64,000 nt of DNA from contig OZ244999.1 of NCBI GenBank assembly GCA_965223265.1, positions 4,640,001 to 4,704,000 of the forward strand, written 5' to 3'. Of this stretch, positions 29,571-40,563 are shown one piece after another. Both the position numbers and the translations under genes were made by a program. Position 1 is the first letter of the stretch, and each line of letters starts with the position of its first letter. The notes under the pieces are model-generated. The model saw nothing but the letters and a program-made list of their open reading frames with translations. It was not told the DNA's origin and did no database searches. The DNA is from Planctomycetota bacterium. Its GTDB lineage: Bacteria > Planctomycetota > UBA8108 > SXIK01.

Positions 29571-30326
29571 ATGCGGACGAAGCTAAGAATGTGTTGTGCT
29601 CGAACGTGTTGTGCTCTGCTGTGCGCCGTGGCGCTGGTCTCGTGCGTCGCGCGCGACAATCGTCTGACACCGGACGAACGTCGATCGGGGTGGATCCTCC
29701 TCTTTGACGGTGAAACTCTCGATGGCTGGATGACCAGCGCGCGCCAGCCAAGCGCCCGCCCGGTCGAAAATGGTGCGCTCAACCCACACCGCTGTGGCGA
29801 CTACATGCTCGTCTACGAGGAAACGTTCGACAACTTTGTGCTCGCACTCGACTTTATGATCAGTGAGAGCAAGGAAAAGCCGGTGAAAGACCGCACGTAC
29901 AACAGCGGGCTCTTCTTCCGCGTCGCATCGCTCGAAGTTCGCCCCGGGCTCGACGTCGGCTACAATGGCATCGAGATGGCGATCGACTACCGGCCTGACG
30001 ATCCGAGCAGTCGAGGATTTCACGACACCGGCGCCATCTACGACCTTGTGCGGCCACACCGTAACGTCATGCGTCCGCCGGGCACATGGAACCATGTCGC
30101 CCTCACGTGCGACGACAACTTGATCGTCATCGAGCTCAATGGCGAAGAGGTTTCGCGCATGGATCTTAACGAGTGGATCGAGCCCGGGACGCGCCCTGAC
30201 GGCACGTCGCACAAATTCGATGTCGCGTACAAACATCACCCACGATCGGGTTACATCGGCCTCCAAGACCATGGCTGTAACATCTGGTTCAAAAACATCA
30301 AACTGAAACCGTTAGTGGACCGTTGA
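29571..30326 (+). CDS. DUF1080 (3-keto-disaccharide hydrolase family) protein, probable lipoprotein
   Basis: AAGGAGG SD before ATG 29571; LVSC lipobox; GWILLFDGETLDGW, NSGLFFR, TGAIYD, WNH, GYIGLQDHG..WFKNIK. Confidence 0.9.
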   Translation: MRTKLRMCCARTCCALLCAVALVSCVARDNRLTPDERRSGWILLFDGETLDGWMTSARQPSARPVENGALNPHRCGDYMLVYEETFDNFVLALDFMISESKEKPVKDRTYNSGLFFRVASLEVRPGLDVGYNGIEMAIDYRPDDPSSRGFHDTGAIYDLVRPHRNVMRPPGTWNHVALTCDDNLIVIELNGEEVSRMDLNEWIEPGTRPDGTSHKFDVAYKHHPRSGYIGLQDHGCNIWFKNIKLKPLVDR

Positions 30327-30493
30327 GCCAAGTGGCCGCAGCGCCACCCAGTCGGTGCCGCGGAAACCCCGGCACACATGCGCCCCGGCGAGAGCTCGGC
30401 GCAACTCCCCGACCGGTCTCGGTACCGATGCAAGACTTGAGTTCGCCTCCGGCGTCTGCGAGAGTTGTTGGAAACGAATCTGAGGATTTGCGC

Positions 30494-33400
30494 ATGTCGC
30501 GTGACAGGTCTATCTCTACCGGCCGCGTGTTTTCGTCCGGAGCCTTGTGGCTCCTTCTCGCCAGTTCGGCCGCATGGGCGGCGGACGACCCCGCCGTGGA
30601 GCGCTCGATCAGCTTCAATACGGCGATCCGGCCGCTTCTCTCGGAGCACTGCTTCGCCTGCCACGGCCCAGATGCGGCGGCGCGCAAAGCGGATCTGCGT
30701 CTCGATCGACGTGAGGACGCCCTCACCGGTGAGCTGATCATCCCGGGCAGCGCCAAGACGTCGGAGCTCATCACTCGCATCACGAGCTCCGACCCAGAGC
30801 TCGTCATGCCACCACCTGAGACCAACAAACCCCTCACCGAAGCAGACAAGGCGCTCCTCGCTCGGTGGATTGATGCTGGTGCAAAATGGGAGGAGCATTG
30901 GGCGTTCGTAGCACCGCGGCGCCCGAGTCTTCCGGACCTGAAGGCTGACGACGACTGGACGCAGAACCCAATTGACCATTTTGTGTTGAAGCGGTTGCGG
31001 GAGACTCGACTGCGGCCGAACCCACCGGCCAACCGCCACACTCTCGCGCGCCGGGTCGCACTCGACTTGACCGGCCTGCCGCCACCGCGTCGACTACTCG
31101 ACACCTTCACCTCCGACTCGAGCGAACATGCCTACGAACGATACATCGACGCGTTACTTTCCTCGCCTCATGCTGGCGAACATCGCGCTCGCTTCTGGCT
31201 GGACGCAGCACGCTATGGCGACACACACGGCATGCACGTCGACAATTATCGCGAAATCTGGCCGTATCGTGATTGGGTGATCGACGCGTTCAACTCCAAC
31301 ATGCCATTCGATCGATTCGTGATCGAGCAGATTGCAGGCGATCTGCTCCCGGAGTCGACGCTTGCCGCGCGCATAGCAACCGGATTCAACCGCTGCAACG
31401 TCACCACCGCCGAAGGCGGCTCGATTCCAGAAGAAGTCAACGTCAGGTACATGGTCGACCGCGTTGAGACGACGGCGACTGTGTTCTTGGGGCTCACGGC
31501 TGGCTGTGCGGTCTGCCACAACCACAAGTACGACCCCATCACACAGCGCGAGTTCTATCAACTTGGAGCGTTCTTCAACAACACGACGCAGCCGGCGATG
31601 GATGGCAACCAGAAAGACTCACCACCGGTCGCCGTGCTGCCCGCCGCAGCGTTCGGCGACGAATGGGAGGCTCTTCGCGCTCGGAGAAGCCAACTGCAGG
31701 CGCAGCTCAGCTCGTGGAAGTCGAGTGCATCATCATGGTGGGACACACGCGCGGCAAAAGTCACGCACCCAGTCACGGCGGACGAACTCGCGCTCTGGCT
31801 GCCACTAGCAGGCGACCATCGAGGCGTCGAACTGCCAGCGTCCGCAACGGCCGCGACCGATCACCCCGAAGGTGCACGCGGCATCCGTTTTGGCACCAAA
31901 GAAGGCTTCGATGTCGAATTCGACGCGCCACGAAGCGATGAACCACTGACGGTCAGTTTCTGGTATCGCACCCCCGACCGTGTGATCTCGACCACGATTT
32001 TCGATCAATCAACCAAGACCGAAGACGACAAGGAAATCGGTTGGAAGATCGGCAGCACAACTCAAGGCGGCGTCTCGTTCGAAGTGTTCGATGGCAAGGG
32101 CAACACCATCAAGGGGTTCCTGCCAGGTGAGGAGGCCCTGACGCCGCGTGCCTGGCAGCACGTGTGTGCTCGCTACTCAGGAGGGCAGTCAAACTCGTCG
32201 ATCGAGATCCTCGTAAACGGTCGCAGTGGTACACTGCGAAACTCATCAGAGCGGCATATCGACGCGGTCCCGCTCGCCACAATCCCGCTGAAACTCGCTA
32301 GCGACATGGAGACCGCTGGGCTCAGCGATGTACGCATCTTCCGGCGTTGGTTGAACGACGATGAGATCCGCCTTCTCGCTCAGGAACACGCGCTAAGATC
32401 AACCGTGACTGCAGAAAGTCGCTGGGAAGACCTCTCTGGTGCGAAACAACAACTGGTCTCCTCGTTCTACAACCACACGTTGGACCCAAAGTACCAAGCG
32501 CTGTGCTCAGAGATAGCGGCTGGTGAACGGCGCCGAGATTACATCTATGCGCGCTCGACGACGACTCTCGTCATGCAAGAAAACCCGGTCGCGCCACGCG
32601 CGTTCGTACTAGAACGCGGCGAGTACGATAAGCGGCTCGAGGAAGTCGCAGCCGACGTCCCAAGCGTTCTGCCGCGACTGCCGGCTGGCGCCCCAAGGAA
32701 TCGCCTTGGTCTGGCGCAGTGGCTCGTCGACCGCCGCAACCCTCTCACCGCACGAGTTACCATCAACCGTCTTTGGCAATCTCTGTTCGGAACCGGAATC
32801 GTCAAGACCTCGGAAGATTTCGGCGTCATGGGCGCCCCACCGTCTCATCCAAACCTTCTCGACTGGTTGGCTGTCGAGTTGATCGAGTCCGGCTGGGACG
32901 TCAACCACATGCTCCGCCTGATCGTCACGTCGGCGACCTATCGCCAGGACGGTTCGGTGACACAGAAAAAGTTCGAAGTAGATCCGAATAACCGCCTCCT
33001 GGCGCGCGGCCCGCGCCTACGCCTCGACGCGGAAGTGCTCCGCGACCAAGCACTCGCGGTCAGTGGTCTCCTCCGCCCCGACGTTGGCGGCCCAAGTGTA
33101 CGCCCATACCAACCGGCGGGACTCTGGAAGGTGGTAGCGATCACGGGAAGTAATACCGGACAGTTCAAACAAGACACCGGCAGCGCGCTGTACCGGCGCA
33201 GTCTTTACACATTTTGGAAGAGGACGTCGCCGCCGCCGTCGATGGCTGCGTTCAATGCGCCCACGCGCGAAAGCTGCACGGTACGCAGAGAGCGTACGAA
33301 CACACCGCTTCAGGCACTCGTGCTTATGAACGACCCGCAATTCGTCGAAGCGGCGCGCCATCTCGCCGAGCACACGCTGCGCAGCCACGACGACGATCGT

Positions 33401-33646
33401 GCACGGGCCGAGTGGATGTTGTGGAAAGTTCTTTCCCGTCCTCCGTCGGCCGCCGACCTGAAAGATGTGAGAGAGACCGCGGCCGAGTTTCGAAAAATCT
33501 TTGAGGCTGAACCGGCAGCGGCGGAAGAGCTCTTAGCCGCCGGCGAAAGCCAACACGACGCAGCACTGAACGCCGTTGAACTTGCGGCTTGGACCATTGC
33601 TGCCAACACACTGATGAATCGCGACGACTATATCAACAAGGAATGA
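30494..33646 (+). CDS. Planctomycete cytochrome c (PSCyt1) / DUF1549 / LamG-like / DUF1553 (PSD1) protein
   Basis: GAGGA SD before ATG 30494; CFACHGPD and [11 protein letters not shown] heme motifs; [36 protein letters not shown]. Confidence 0.92.
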   Translation: MSRDRSISTGRVFSSGALWLLLASSAAWAADDPAVERSISFNTAIRPLLSEHCFACHGPDAAARKADLRLDRREDALTGELIIPGSAKTSELITRITSSDPELVMPPPETNKPLTEADKALLARWIDAGAKWEEHWAFVAPRRPSLPDLKADDDWTQNPIDHFVLKRLRETRLRPNPPANRHTLARRVALDLTGLPPPRRLLDTFTSDSSEHAYERYIDALLSSPHAGEHRARFWLDAARYGDTHGMHVDNYREIWPYRDWVIDAFNSNMPFDRFVIEQIAGDLLPESTLAARIATGFNRCNVTTAEGGSIPEEVNVRYMVDRVETTATVFLGLTAGCAVCHNHKYDPITQREFYQLGAFFNNTTQPAMDGNQKDSPPVAVLPAAAFGDEWEALRARRSQLQAQLSSWKSSASSWWDTRAAKVTHPVTADELALWLPLAGDHRGVELPASATAATDHPEGARGIRFGTKEGFDVEFDAPRSDEPLTVSFWYRTPDRVISTTIFDQSTKTEDDKEIGWKIGSTTQGGVSFEVFDGKGNTIKGFLPGEEALTPRAWQHVCARYSGGQSNSSIEILVNGRSGTLRNSSERHIDAVPLATIPLKLASDMETAGLSDVRIFRRWLNDDEIRLLAQEHALRSTVTAESRWEDLSGAKQQLVSSFYNHTLDPKYQALCSEIAAGERRRDYIYARSTTTLVMQENPVAPRAFVLERGEYDKRLEEVAADVPSVLPRLPAGAPRNRLGLAQWLVDRRNPLTARVTINRLWQSLFGTGIVKTSEDFGVMGAPPSHPNLLDWLAVELIESGWDVNHMLRLIVTSATYRQDGSVTQKKFEVDPNNRLLARGPRLRLDAEVLRDQALAVSGLLRPDVGGPSVRPYQPAGLWKVVAITGSNTGQFKQDTGSALYRRSLYTFWKRTSPPPSMAAFNAPTRESCTVRRERTNTPLQALVLMNDPQFVEAARHLAEHTLRSHDDDRARAEWMLWKVLSRPPSAADLKDVRETAAEFRKIFEAEPAAAEELLAAGESQHDAALNAVELAAWTIAANTLMNRDDYINKE

Positions 33647-35115
33647 CTCACGCAGGTGAGTCTGTAGAAGCCATGAGCAAGCATCCGATCGACGAGTGGA
33701 TTCGACTGGAGACCCGACGACAATTCTTCGGCCGAAGCGCCAAAGGGTTAGGAGCTGCGGCATTCGCCTCGCTCCTCGGAAGCGAAACCGCTGCCGCCGA
33801 AGCCGGCGGCACGCTTGGCGATGGCCATTTCGCGGGCCGCGCAAAACGTGTCATCTGGCTCTTCATGGCCGGAGCACCGTCGCAGCTGGATACGTTCGAT
33901 TACAAACCAGAGATGGAGCGCTGGTTCAACAAGGATCTCCCCGAGTCGATTCGGCGCGGACAGAGGTTGACGACCATGACGGCGTCACAAGCTCGCTTCC
34001 CGATCGCTCCGACGATGTTCGAATTCCCTCGCCATGGGAAGTGCGGCAAGCGAGTGAGTGAACTTCTGCCGATGACCGGGTCGATGGCTGATGAACTCGC
34101 GTTCGTCCATTCCGTGTGGACCGAAGCGATCAATCATGATCCAGCCATCACTTACATTCAGACAGGCAACCAGATCCCCGGACGTCCGAGCCTCGGCGCG
34201 TGGCTCAGTTACGGCCTCGGTTCGCTCAACAGCAACTTGCCGGAGTTTGTCGTTCTCAACTGCGCGCCTCGCGGCCAGGCCCTTTATTCGCGGCTTTGGG
34301 GCAGCGGTTTCTTGCCGTCGAAACACGCCGGCGTCGCGTTTCGTTCGCAAGGCGATCCGGTCCTCTATCTCTCGAACCCTGGCGGCATCAGCCACGATGC
34401 ACGTCGCCGCATGCTCGATCGACTGCAAACGATGAATCGTCGAGTTTTCGACGAAGTCGGCGACCCAGAGACGCAGGCCCGCATAGCACAGTACGAGATG
34501 GCGTTTCGCATGCAATCGTCCGTCCCTGAGTTGGTCGACTTCACCGGGGAACCACAGCACGTGATCGACCTCTACGGCGAGGATGTGAAAAAGCCCGGGA
34601 CCTTCGCCGCAAACTGTCTTCTGGCGCGGCGCATGGCGGAACGGGATGTACGCTTCGTCCAAATCTTTCACCGCGGCTGGGACCACCATGGCGACCTGCC
34701 GCGAAACATCCGACGGCAAACGAGCGAGATCGATCGACCGGCGTGGGCTCTCGTTCAAGACCTCAAACAGCGCGGCCTGCTCGACGAGACACTCGTCATC
34801 TGGGGCGGTGAGTTTGGCCGAACGATTTACTGCCAGGGCACGCTCAAGCGATCGAATTATGGGCGCGATCATCACCCGAAGTGCTACTCGATGTGGATGG
34901 CAGGTGGCGGGGTCAAGGGTGGCGTCACACACGGCGAGACGGATGCGTTCGGCTACAACATCGCACGAGACCCGGTACACATCCGCGACATCAATGCCAC
35001 CATTCTCCATCTCATGGGCATCGACCACGAACTCTTTACGGTAAAACATCGTGGGCTCGACGAACGCTTGACCGGTGTACAGCCGGCGCGCGTCGTCCGC
35101 GAGATTCTCGTGTAG
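33643..35115 (+). CDS. DUF1501 domain protein with Tat signal (alternative start 33673)
   Basis: TRRQFF Tat motif; [42 protein letters not shown]; ATGA overlap with the upstream gene. Confidence 0.92.
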   Translation: MTHAGESVEAMSKHPIDEWIRLETRRQFFGRSAKGLGAAAFASLLGSETAAAEAGGTLGDGHFAGRAKRVIWLFMAGAPSQLDTFDYKPEMERWFNKDLPESIRRGQRLTTMTASQARFPIAPTMFEFPRHGKCGKRVSELLPMTGSMADELAFVHSVWTEAINHDPAITYIQTGNQIPGRPSLGAWLSYGLGSLNSNLPEFVVLNCAPRGQALYSRLWGSGFLPSKHAGVAFRSQGDPVLYLSNPGGISHDARRRMLDRLQTMNRRVFDEVGDPETQARIAQYEMAFRMQSSVPELVDFTGEPQHVIDLYGEDVKKPGTFAANCLLARRMAERDVRFVQIFHRGWDHHGDLPRNIRRQTSEIDRPAWALVQDLKQRGLLDETLVIWGGEFGRTIYCQGTLKRSNYGRDHHPKCYSMWMAGGGVKGGVTHGETDAFGYNIARDPVHIRDINATILHLMGIDHELFTVKHRGLDERLTGVQPARVVREILV

Positions 35116-35367
35116 TCGATAATGCTGGCCCATGGTCGCGCGAGTCGACGGCGCCGAGGCGAAAGCGTGCTAGTCAAATCGTTGCGTTGGAGCATCTTGC
35201 AACGAGCAGGAGAAGCCGCATACGTAGTCGATTTGTCGGCACTCAAGTAGTCGGGTAGTCTTGCGAAGGAGGAGTGCTCTTTTCGAGCACGCCAGCACGG
35301 CTCCGACGCACAAGCCTCGGCGAGTCCTTCAGAGCCGGCGACACCTCGACGCTATCGTGAGGCTCCA

Positions 35368-35949
35368 GTGTTCACGTCACTGCCACGCAAAAACACGGAA
35401 TGTCGGTCGGGTTTCACACTCCCGGAGCTCACCATTTACATGGTACTCAGCGTTGTGGTGGGTGCCGCCTTCGTTTCTGTTGTGTCGACTTCGATCACTA
35501 GCGCGAACGAGAACCTCGCGTTTCACACGACGACGGAGCGCAGCAGGGCCATACTCTGGCGCGTGGAGACCGCCCTACGCAACAGCATGGCAGGCACGGC
35601 CGCATTGAGCGGCGAGGGCAAGATTCTCTCGGTGAGCACCACGAGCGGCTTCGATGCGGATGGCGTCGTCGCCGGCCCGGCGCTTGAGCTGGAGTTTCGC
35701 TGCTCGGGAGGCGAGACCCTGAATGGCGACGACGACAACAGCAATGGGCTCATCGACGATGGCGAACTCGTCTTTCGCGACACGGCAACCAACTCTGAGG
35801 TGATCATCGGCGGCAACGTTGATGTCGCCGGCTCTCAATTCCAGTTGGTGGGCACGACGATCCGTGTGAGGCTGTCTACCTTCGCAAACGCCGGACAAAC
35901 CGGTCCCTTAGCTTCGCGTCGAGAAATCAACGTCCAACCGCGCAACTGA
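35368..35949 (+). CDS. Prepilin-type N-terminal cleavage/methylation protein (PilW/GspJ-like minor pilin)
   Basis: SG|FTLPELTIYMVLSVVVG class III signal with Glu at +5. Confidence 0.85.
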   Translation: MFTSLPRKNTECRSGFTLPELTIYMVLSVVVGAAFVSVVSTSITSANENLAFHTTTERSRAILWRVETALRNSMAGTAALSGEGKILSVSTTSGFDADGVVAGPALELEFRCSGGETLNGDDDNSNGLIDDGELVFRDTATNSEVIIGGNVDVAGSQFQLVGTTIRVRLSTFANAGQTGPLASRREINVQPRN

Positions 35950-35954
35950 CCGCC

Positions 35955-37169
35955 ATGGCTAAGACTCAGTCGAAACACTTCTGCGCTCGGAGAGAGTCCC
36001 CACGAAACGACAGCGGCAACGCAATTCTGCTGTCACTTGTCGCGGCAACGCTAACGTCGGCAATCGCTCTGGCGCAGTTCGGCATCTATCAAGCCAACCT
36101 GGGTGCCGCCGTCGACTACATGACCCGTTCCGACCTTCAGAACTACGCTGAATCCGTCGTCGATCTCGCTGTCTATGACGTCAAGCTCAACGTTTCTGGT
36201 GACGAAGGGGACATGGGTACCGTCGGCTGGACGGCCGCGGATGACGTCGGCGCTGATGGTACTCCGGCGACCGGAGATCTCGGCGAAGGGGACGGAATCC
36301 CGACAGCCGGTGAACCGAACACCGCGCCGATCGCGATCGGTCCGCCGAGCCTCGGTGCAGCGTTCCTCTCCTACGTTGAAGACACCGCGTTTCCGAACGT
36401 GCTGAGAGTCGTTGTGACCGTGTCGAACCCGCGCGCGTCGGCAACAGTCATCACCTCGCTGCAGCGACAGGTTGTTCAAATCCCGCAAACGGGAGCCATC
36501 TACATTACGCCGAATACGGCGCTCGACCTCAAGGGCAGTAGCTTTGCGGTCAACGGCAACGACACCAATCCGGATGGCTCAGCAGGGCCAGCAGCTTCGC
36601 TGCCCGGGATCACGACGTCGACCACGGGGACCGTCGGGGATGCGACCGCGACCCTGACAAATCAGATCGACTCCGGGCACCACCACCAAATCGATGGTCT
36701 TGGCGGTTCCCCATCGATCGACGAGACAACGGACGTCGACGCGGATGACCTCTTTGGCCAGCTGGATGCTCTCGTGAACAATCCGATTCCACCCGGCAAT
36801 CAAGGCGGCGCCGATCTCGGCGACTACGACGCCAATCGCCTCCTGATCACAAAGGTCGACGGCGACCTGTCCCTCAGCGGGAGCGGTTCAGGTGCTGGCG
36901 TCCTTCTCGTCGACGGCGACTTGAAGATTTCCGGCGAGTACACATTCTATGGCCTCGTCATCGTCACTGGGGACTTTGACGCCACCGGCGGCGGAGAGGG
37001 TGTTCACGTTTTCGGTTCGACGATCGTGGGGTCGTCGTCGTCGAGCAGCACGGTGACGATCGCCGGAGATGTGAATCTCGTCTACAGTTCGACAGTGATG
37101 GCGCAGGTGGAGTCTATGCTTCTCAACAACAACGCCAAGTACGAGACGGTCTACTACGAGAGCCGCTAA
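35955..37169 (+). CDS. PilX/GspK-like minor pilin with C-terminal beta-helix-like region
   Basis: SG|NAILLSLVAATL with no Glu at +5; C-terminal VDGDLSLSG..GVLLVDGDLKISG..FYGLVIVTG repeats; lies between two pilin-like genes. Confidence 0.7.
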   Translation: MAKTQSKHFCARRESPRNDSGNAILLSLVAATLTSAIALAQFGIYQANLGAAVDYMTRSDLQNYAESVVDLAVYDVKLNVSGDEGDMGTVGWTAADDVGADGTPATGDLGEGDGIPTAGEPNTAPIAIGPPSLGAAFLSYVEDTAFPNVLRVVVTVSNPRASATVITSLQRQVVQIPQTGAIYITPNTALDLKGSSFAVNGNDTNPDGSAGPAASLPGITTSTTGTVGDATATLTNQIDSGHHHQIDGLGGSPSIDETTDVDADDLFGQLDALVNNPIPPGNQGGADLGDYDANRLLITKVDGDLSLSGSGSGAGVLLVDGDLKISGEYTFYGLVIVTGDFDATGGGEGVHVFGSTIVGSSSSSSTVTIAGDVNLVYSSTVMAQVESMLLNNNAKYETVYYESR

Positions 37170-37991
37170 ATGTTGCAGACGATCGCGATGACTCACAGGA
37201 AGCATGACGTCCGGCGTTGCGAACGAGACCCTCGCGCGGGGATGCTTCTCGTCGACATCGTCATCGCAGCGACCATCTTCACGATCGGCGTTCTCGGCCT
37301 CGTTGGCTCGTTCACCGCCAACACGCGTGCCAGCCGCGGCCTCGTGCAAGTCGATGACGGCAGATTCGCAATGCAGAACGCAGTCGAATTCCTGCGCAGC
37401 GCGCCGTTCTCGGACATCTATCAGAACTACGAGGGCGCCAGTCTCAGCATCGCGTCGTTCAAAGGGGCCGATGGCCTACCCGCAGACGTTGACATCACGT
37501 GTTACGTCGATGAGACGGCCCTGCCTGCCGAATTCGGCCCGGTCTTGGACCTGGACGGCGACGGCGCGCTGCTCACCACCGACGTCAGTACGTCCTACCA
37601 ACTCCTACCCGTCCGCTTGACGCTCGGCTACGAATCAGAAGAAGGAAAGGTGACGCGCGAACTCTTCGTGCTGATCGAGGGAGTCGACGACGAAGAGGAG
37701 GACAACCCCGATCTGGACGCGCTGATCGCCTACTTCCAGGACCTCGTGGACAACGGCGACAAGGAGGTCGCCAATCGAGCGGCTGGCGTGGTCTCAAAAC
37801 TCGAAGCGGCGCGGGACGAACTGAACGAGTCGCCTCCCGACCACGATGCAGCGGCAAGCAAGCTGCAGGACGCGATCACCGAGATCGAGCGCATGATGAG
37901 CGAGAAGCTGCTCGACTCGACCGAAGGCCTGAAGATGATCAGTGCGATCAAGTCGATCATCACCTCTTTCGGTGTAGCGGAGAATGCTTAG
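37170..37991 (+). CDS. PilV-like minor pilin with C-terminal helical extension
   Basis: AG|MLLVDIVIAATIFTIGVLG class III-like signal; starts directly after the previous stop codon. Confidence 0.72.
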   Translation: MLQTIAMTHRKHDVRRCERDPRAGMLLVDIVIAATIFTIGVLGLVGSFTANTRASRGLVQVDDGRFAMQNAVEFLRSAPFSDIYQNYEGASLSIASFKGADGLPADVDITCYVDETALPAEFGPVLDLDGDGALLTTDVSTSYQLLPVRLTLGYESEEGKVTRELFVLIEGVDDEEEDNPDLDALIAYFQDLVDNGDKEVANRAAGVVSKLEAARDELNESPPDHDAAASKLQDAITEIERMMSEKLLDSTEGLKMISAIKSIITSFGVAENA

Positions 37992-38234
37992 CTTATAGCT
38001 TAGCCTCGAGTTCCCCTACGCCTCACGCAGCGCGCACGTCTCGAAAGAGCTCCGCGTAGGCGAGGCTTCTTTAACTGAGCTGGAGGTAGCGCCGCGAAGG
38101 GCAAGCGCCACGGCTGCGACGCGGCTAGCCTCCGCAATGCGTGCGCTCGTGACCACAGCACCGTAGAAAGACGCGAGAGACACGGGTTAGAATTCGCCTG
38201 AATCTTCGTCTTCTCTTCGTCGGTCGCCGCGCAC

Positions 38235-39809
38235 ATGCTTCACAACCTCCACTGGCTTGATTTTCTCGTTCTCGGAATCGGCCTCGCAGCCGTTGTCGCG
38301 ATCGGCGCGCGGGCGGCTCGTCGTAGTCGCTCCGCGGAAGCGTATTTCCTCGCGGGTCGTTCACTGCCAGGCTGGCTCGTCGGTTTCTCGGTGATGGCGA
38401 CGGTCATCAGTTCGATGACGTTTCTCGCCAATCCCGCGTTCACCTACGAGCACGATTGGCGCCACATGCCGGCGAACTGCACTTACCTGTTGGCGACGGT
38501 GCTGGCTCTCGTGCTGTTCATCCCGTTTTACCGGCGCCTGCGCGTAAGCTCGATTTACGAGTACCTCGAGTGGCGTTTCGGCGCCTGGGCAAGGATTTAC
38601 GCGGCTAGTTGCTACGTGCTGCTGAAGGTCGCCAAGATGGGGATCGTCCTCTACATGACGTCGCTGGCGCTGCAGACGATCCTCGGGCTCGATTGGCCGC
38701 TCGAGAACGTCATGCTGCTCTTTGGGACCGTCGTCGCCATCTATACCATCGCGGGAGGGCTCGAGGCAGTGGTGTGGACCGATCTCCTTCAAGGCTTAGC
38801 GCTGATCGTCGGCGGCATCATCTGCCTACCGATCATCGCGGGTCAACTACCGGGAGGCTTCGGCGAGATCATCGAAACGGCGAGCCGCGATGGAAAATTC
38901 GGTGTTGGCGACACTGATCTTTCGCTGGTCAGAATCACGCTGTGGGCGACCGTCTTCGCCAAGTGCATGACGTTTTGCCAAATCCTCGGAACCGATCAGA
39001 CCGCCGGTCAACGCTACGCGGCGACCAAGAGCGAAAAGGAAGCGCAAAAAGCACTGATCGTCGGGGCGCTGCTCACGATTCCAGTTTGGGCCTACTTCTT
39101 TCTCGTCGGAACGAGTCTGTACGTGCTCTACCAAGTCCATCCTGATCCAGCAGTCCAGAACATGACACCGGATCAGGTTTTCCCCCACTTCATCATGACG
39201 CAGGTGCCCGCCGGCTTCGCTGGCTTTGTGATCTTCGGCATCCTCGGGGCAGCGATGTCAACGCTTGACTCCATCATCAACGCGGCGGCTGCGACGGCGA
39301 CAACCGACTTCTACGCTCGACTGTGGGTCAAGGGTCGCGACCCGAAACACTACGTGCTCGTCGGACGCCTGTTCAGCCTCGTCTTCAGCCTCGTCATGAT
39401 TGGCTCTGCGTTAGCCATTCATCACTCACGACAAGCCGACGCCATCGAAGACTTCCAGACGATGCTTCTCTCAATCTTCGGCGGCGGACTCCTCGGGCTA
39501 TTTCTCCTCGGATTCTTGACCCTCCGTGTCGACGGCCGTGCCGCTTTGGTCGCGACGATTGCGACGGTGATCGGAGTGGCGTCGTGGCTCTTCCTGGACA
39601 GCAGCGCCGGAAAAGAAATGTTTCCACAGCTCGCACAAAGCGTACCGCACAAGCTATGGGTCAGCGTCTTCGCGAACGCTGCTCTCTTTTCGATCGGTTA
39701 CGTCGTCAGTTACCTGATCAAACGAAGCACAAGCGATTTCACTGGCTTGACCGTGTGGAGTCGACCGGGAAGGAGCGAGGAGTCGTCGACGTCGACTGGG
39801 AGCAACTGA
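38235..39809 (+). CDS. Sodium:solute symporter (SSS family)
   Basis: YFLAGRSLP, SIYEYLEWRFG, YTIAGGLEAVVWTD, DQTAGQRY, AAMSTLDS; about 13 TM segments. Confidence 0.92.
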   Translation: MLHNLHWLDFLVLGIGLAAVVAIGARAARRSRSAEAYFLAGRSLPGWLVGFSVMATVISSMTFLANPAFTYEHDWRHMPANCTYLLATVLALVLFIPFYRRLRVSSIYEYLEWRFGAWARIYAASCYVLLKVAKMGIVLYMTSLALQTILGLDWPLENVMLLFGTVVAIYTIAGGLEAVVWTDLLQGLALIVGGIICLPIIAGQLPGGFGEIIETASRDGKFGVGDTDLSLVRITLWATVFAKCMTFCQILGTDQTAGQRYAATKSEKEAQKALIVGALLTIPVWAYFFLVGTSLYVLYQVHPDPAVQNMTPDQVFPHFIMTQVPAGFAGFVIFGILGAAMSTLDSIINAAAATATTDFYARLWVKGRDPKHYVLVGRLFSLVFSLVMIGSALAIHHSRQADAIEDFQTMLLSIFGGGLLGLFLLGFLTLRVDGRAALVATIATVIGVASWLFLDSSAGKEMFPQLAQSVPHKLWVSVFANAALFSIGYVVSYLIKRSTSDFTGLTVWSRPGRSEESSTSTGSN

Positions 39810-39834
39810 ACTGGTTGAGTGTCGGACCAAACGG

Positions 39835-40536
39835 ATGCAAAGGACGAACAGATTCGGCCAACCGATCGGGCCACAGCTACCAGACTGGCGGCCGGCGAGA
39901 GTGCCACCGCGCGAGCCTTTAGAAGGAGAGTATTGCCGGCTCGAGCCAATCGATGCGGCCCACCACGGAAAGAGTCTCTACGAAGCGAGCGCTGCCGAGG
40001 CAGACAGTAGCAGCTGGACCTACATGGCCTACGGCCCATTTGCATCGTGCGCCGAATATGTGGCATGGCTGGAGCCGATCTGCACGTCGGCCGACTCGCT
40101 CTTCTTCGCTGTTGTCGACAAGGCGACGCGGCACGCCGCGGGTGTGGCAAGCTACCTGCGCATTGCACCGACCGCAGGCTCGATCGAGGTCGGCCACATC
40201 TACTATGCGCCAATGCTACGAAGGAGTCGAGCCGCGACCGAGGCGATGGCTCTCATGATGCAAAACGCTTTCAAGCTCGGATATCGCCGCTACGAATGGA
40301 AGTGCGACGCGCTCAACGAGCGGTCTCGGTCGGCTGCGGAAAGACTAGGGTTTGTCTTCGAGGGTGTGTTTCGCCAAGCGACGGTTTACAAGGGACGGAG
40401 CCGAGACACAGCGTGGTACTCGGTGACCGACCAAGAGTGGCCACGGCTGCAAGCGGCGCTTGAAGCGTGGCTGTCGCCGAACAACTTCGACGAGCATGGG
40501 CGACAAAGGCGCAGCCTGAGTGAGTTTCGAGAGTAA
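39835..40536 (+). CDS. GNAT family N-acetyltransferase (RimJ/RimL type)
   Basis: NRFGQPIG, SIEVGHI, LGYRRYEWKCDALN..S..AAERLGF.FEG.FRQ..VYKGR.RDTAW. Confidence 0.92.
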   Translation: MQRTNRFGQPIGPQLPDWRPARVPPREPLEGEYCRLEPIDAAHHGKSLYEASAAEADSSSWTYMAYGPFASCAEYVAWLEPICTSADSLFFAVVDKATRHAAGVASYLRIAPTAGSIEVGHIYYAPMLRRSRAATEAMALMMQNAFKLGYRRYEWKCDALNERSRSAAERLGFVFEGVFRQATVYKGRSRDTAWYSVTDQEWPRLQAALEAWLSPNNFDEHGRQRRSLSEFRE

Positions 40537-40563
40537 GACGAAGACAAAAGGGATCAAACGGCG

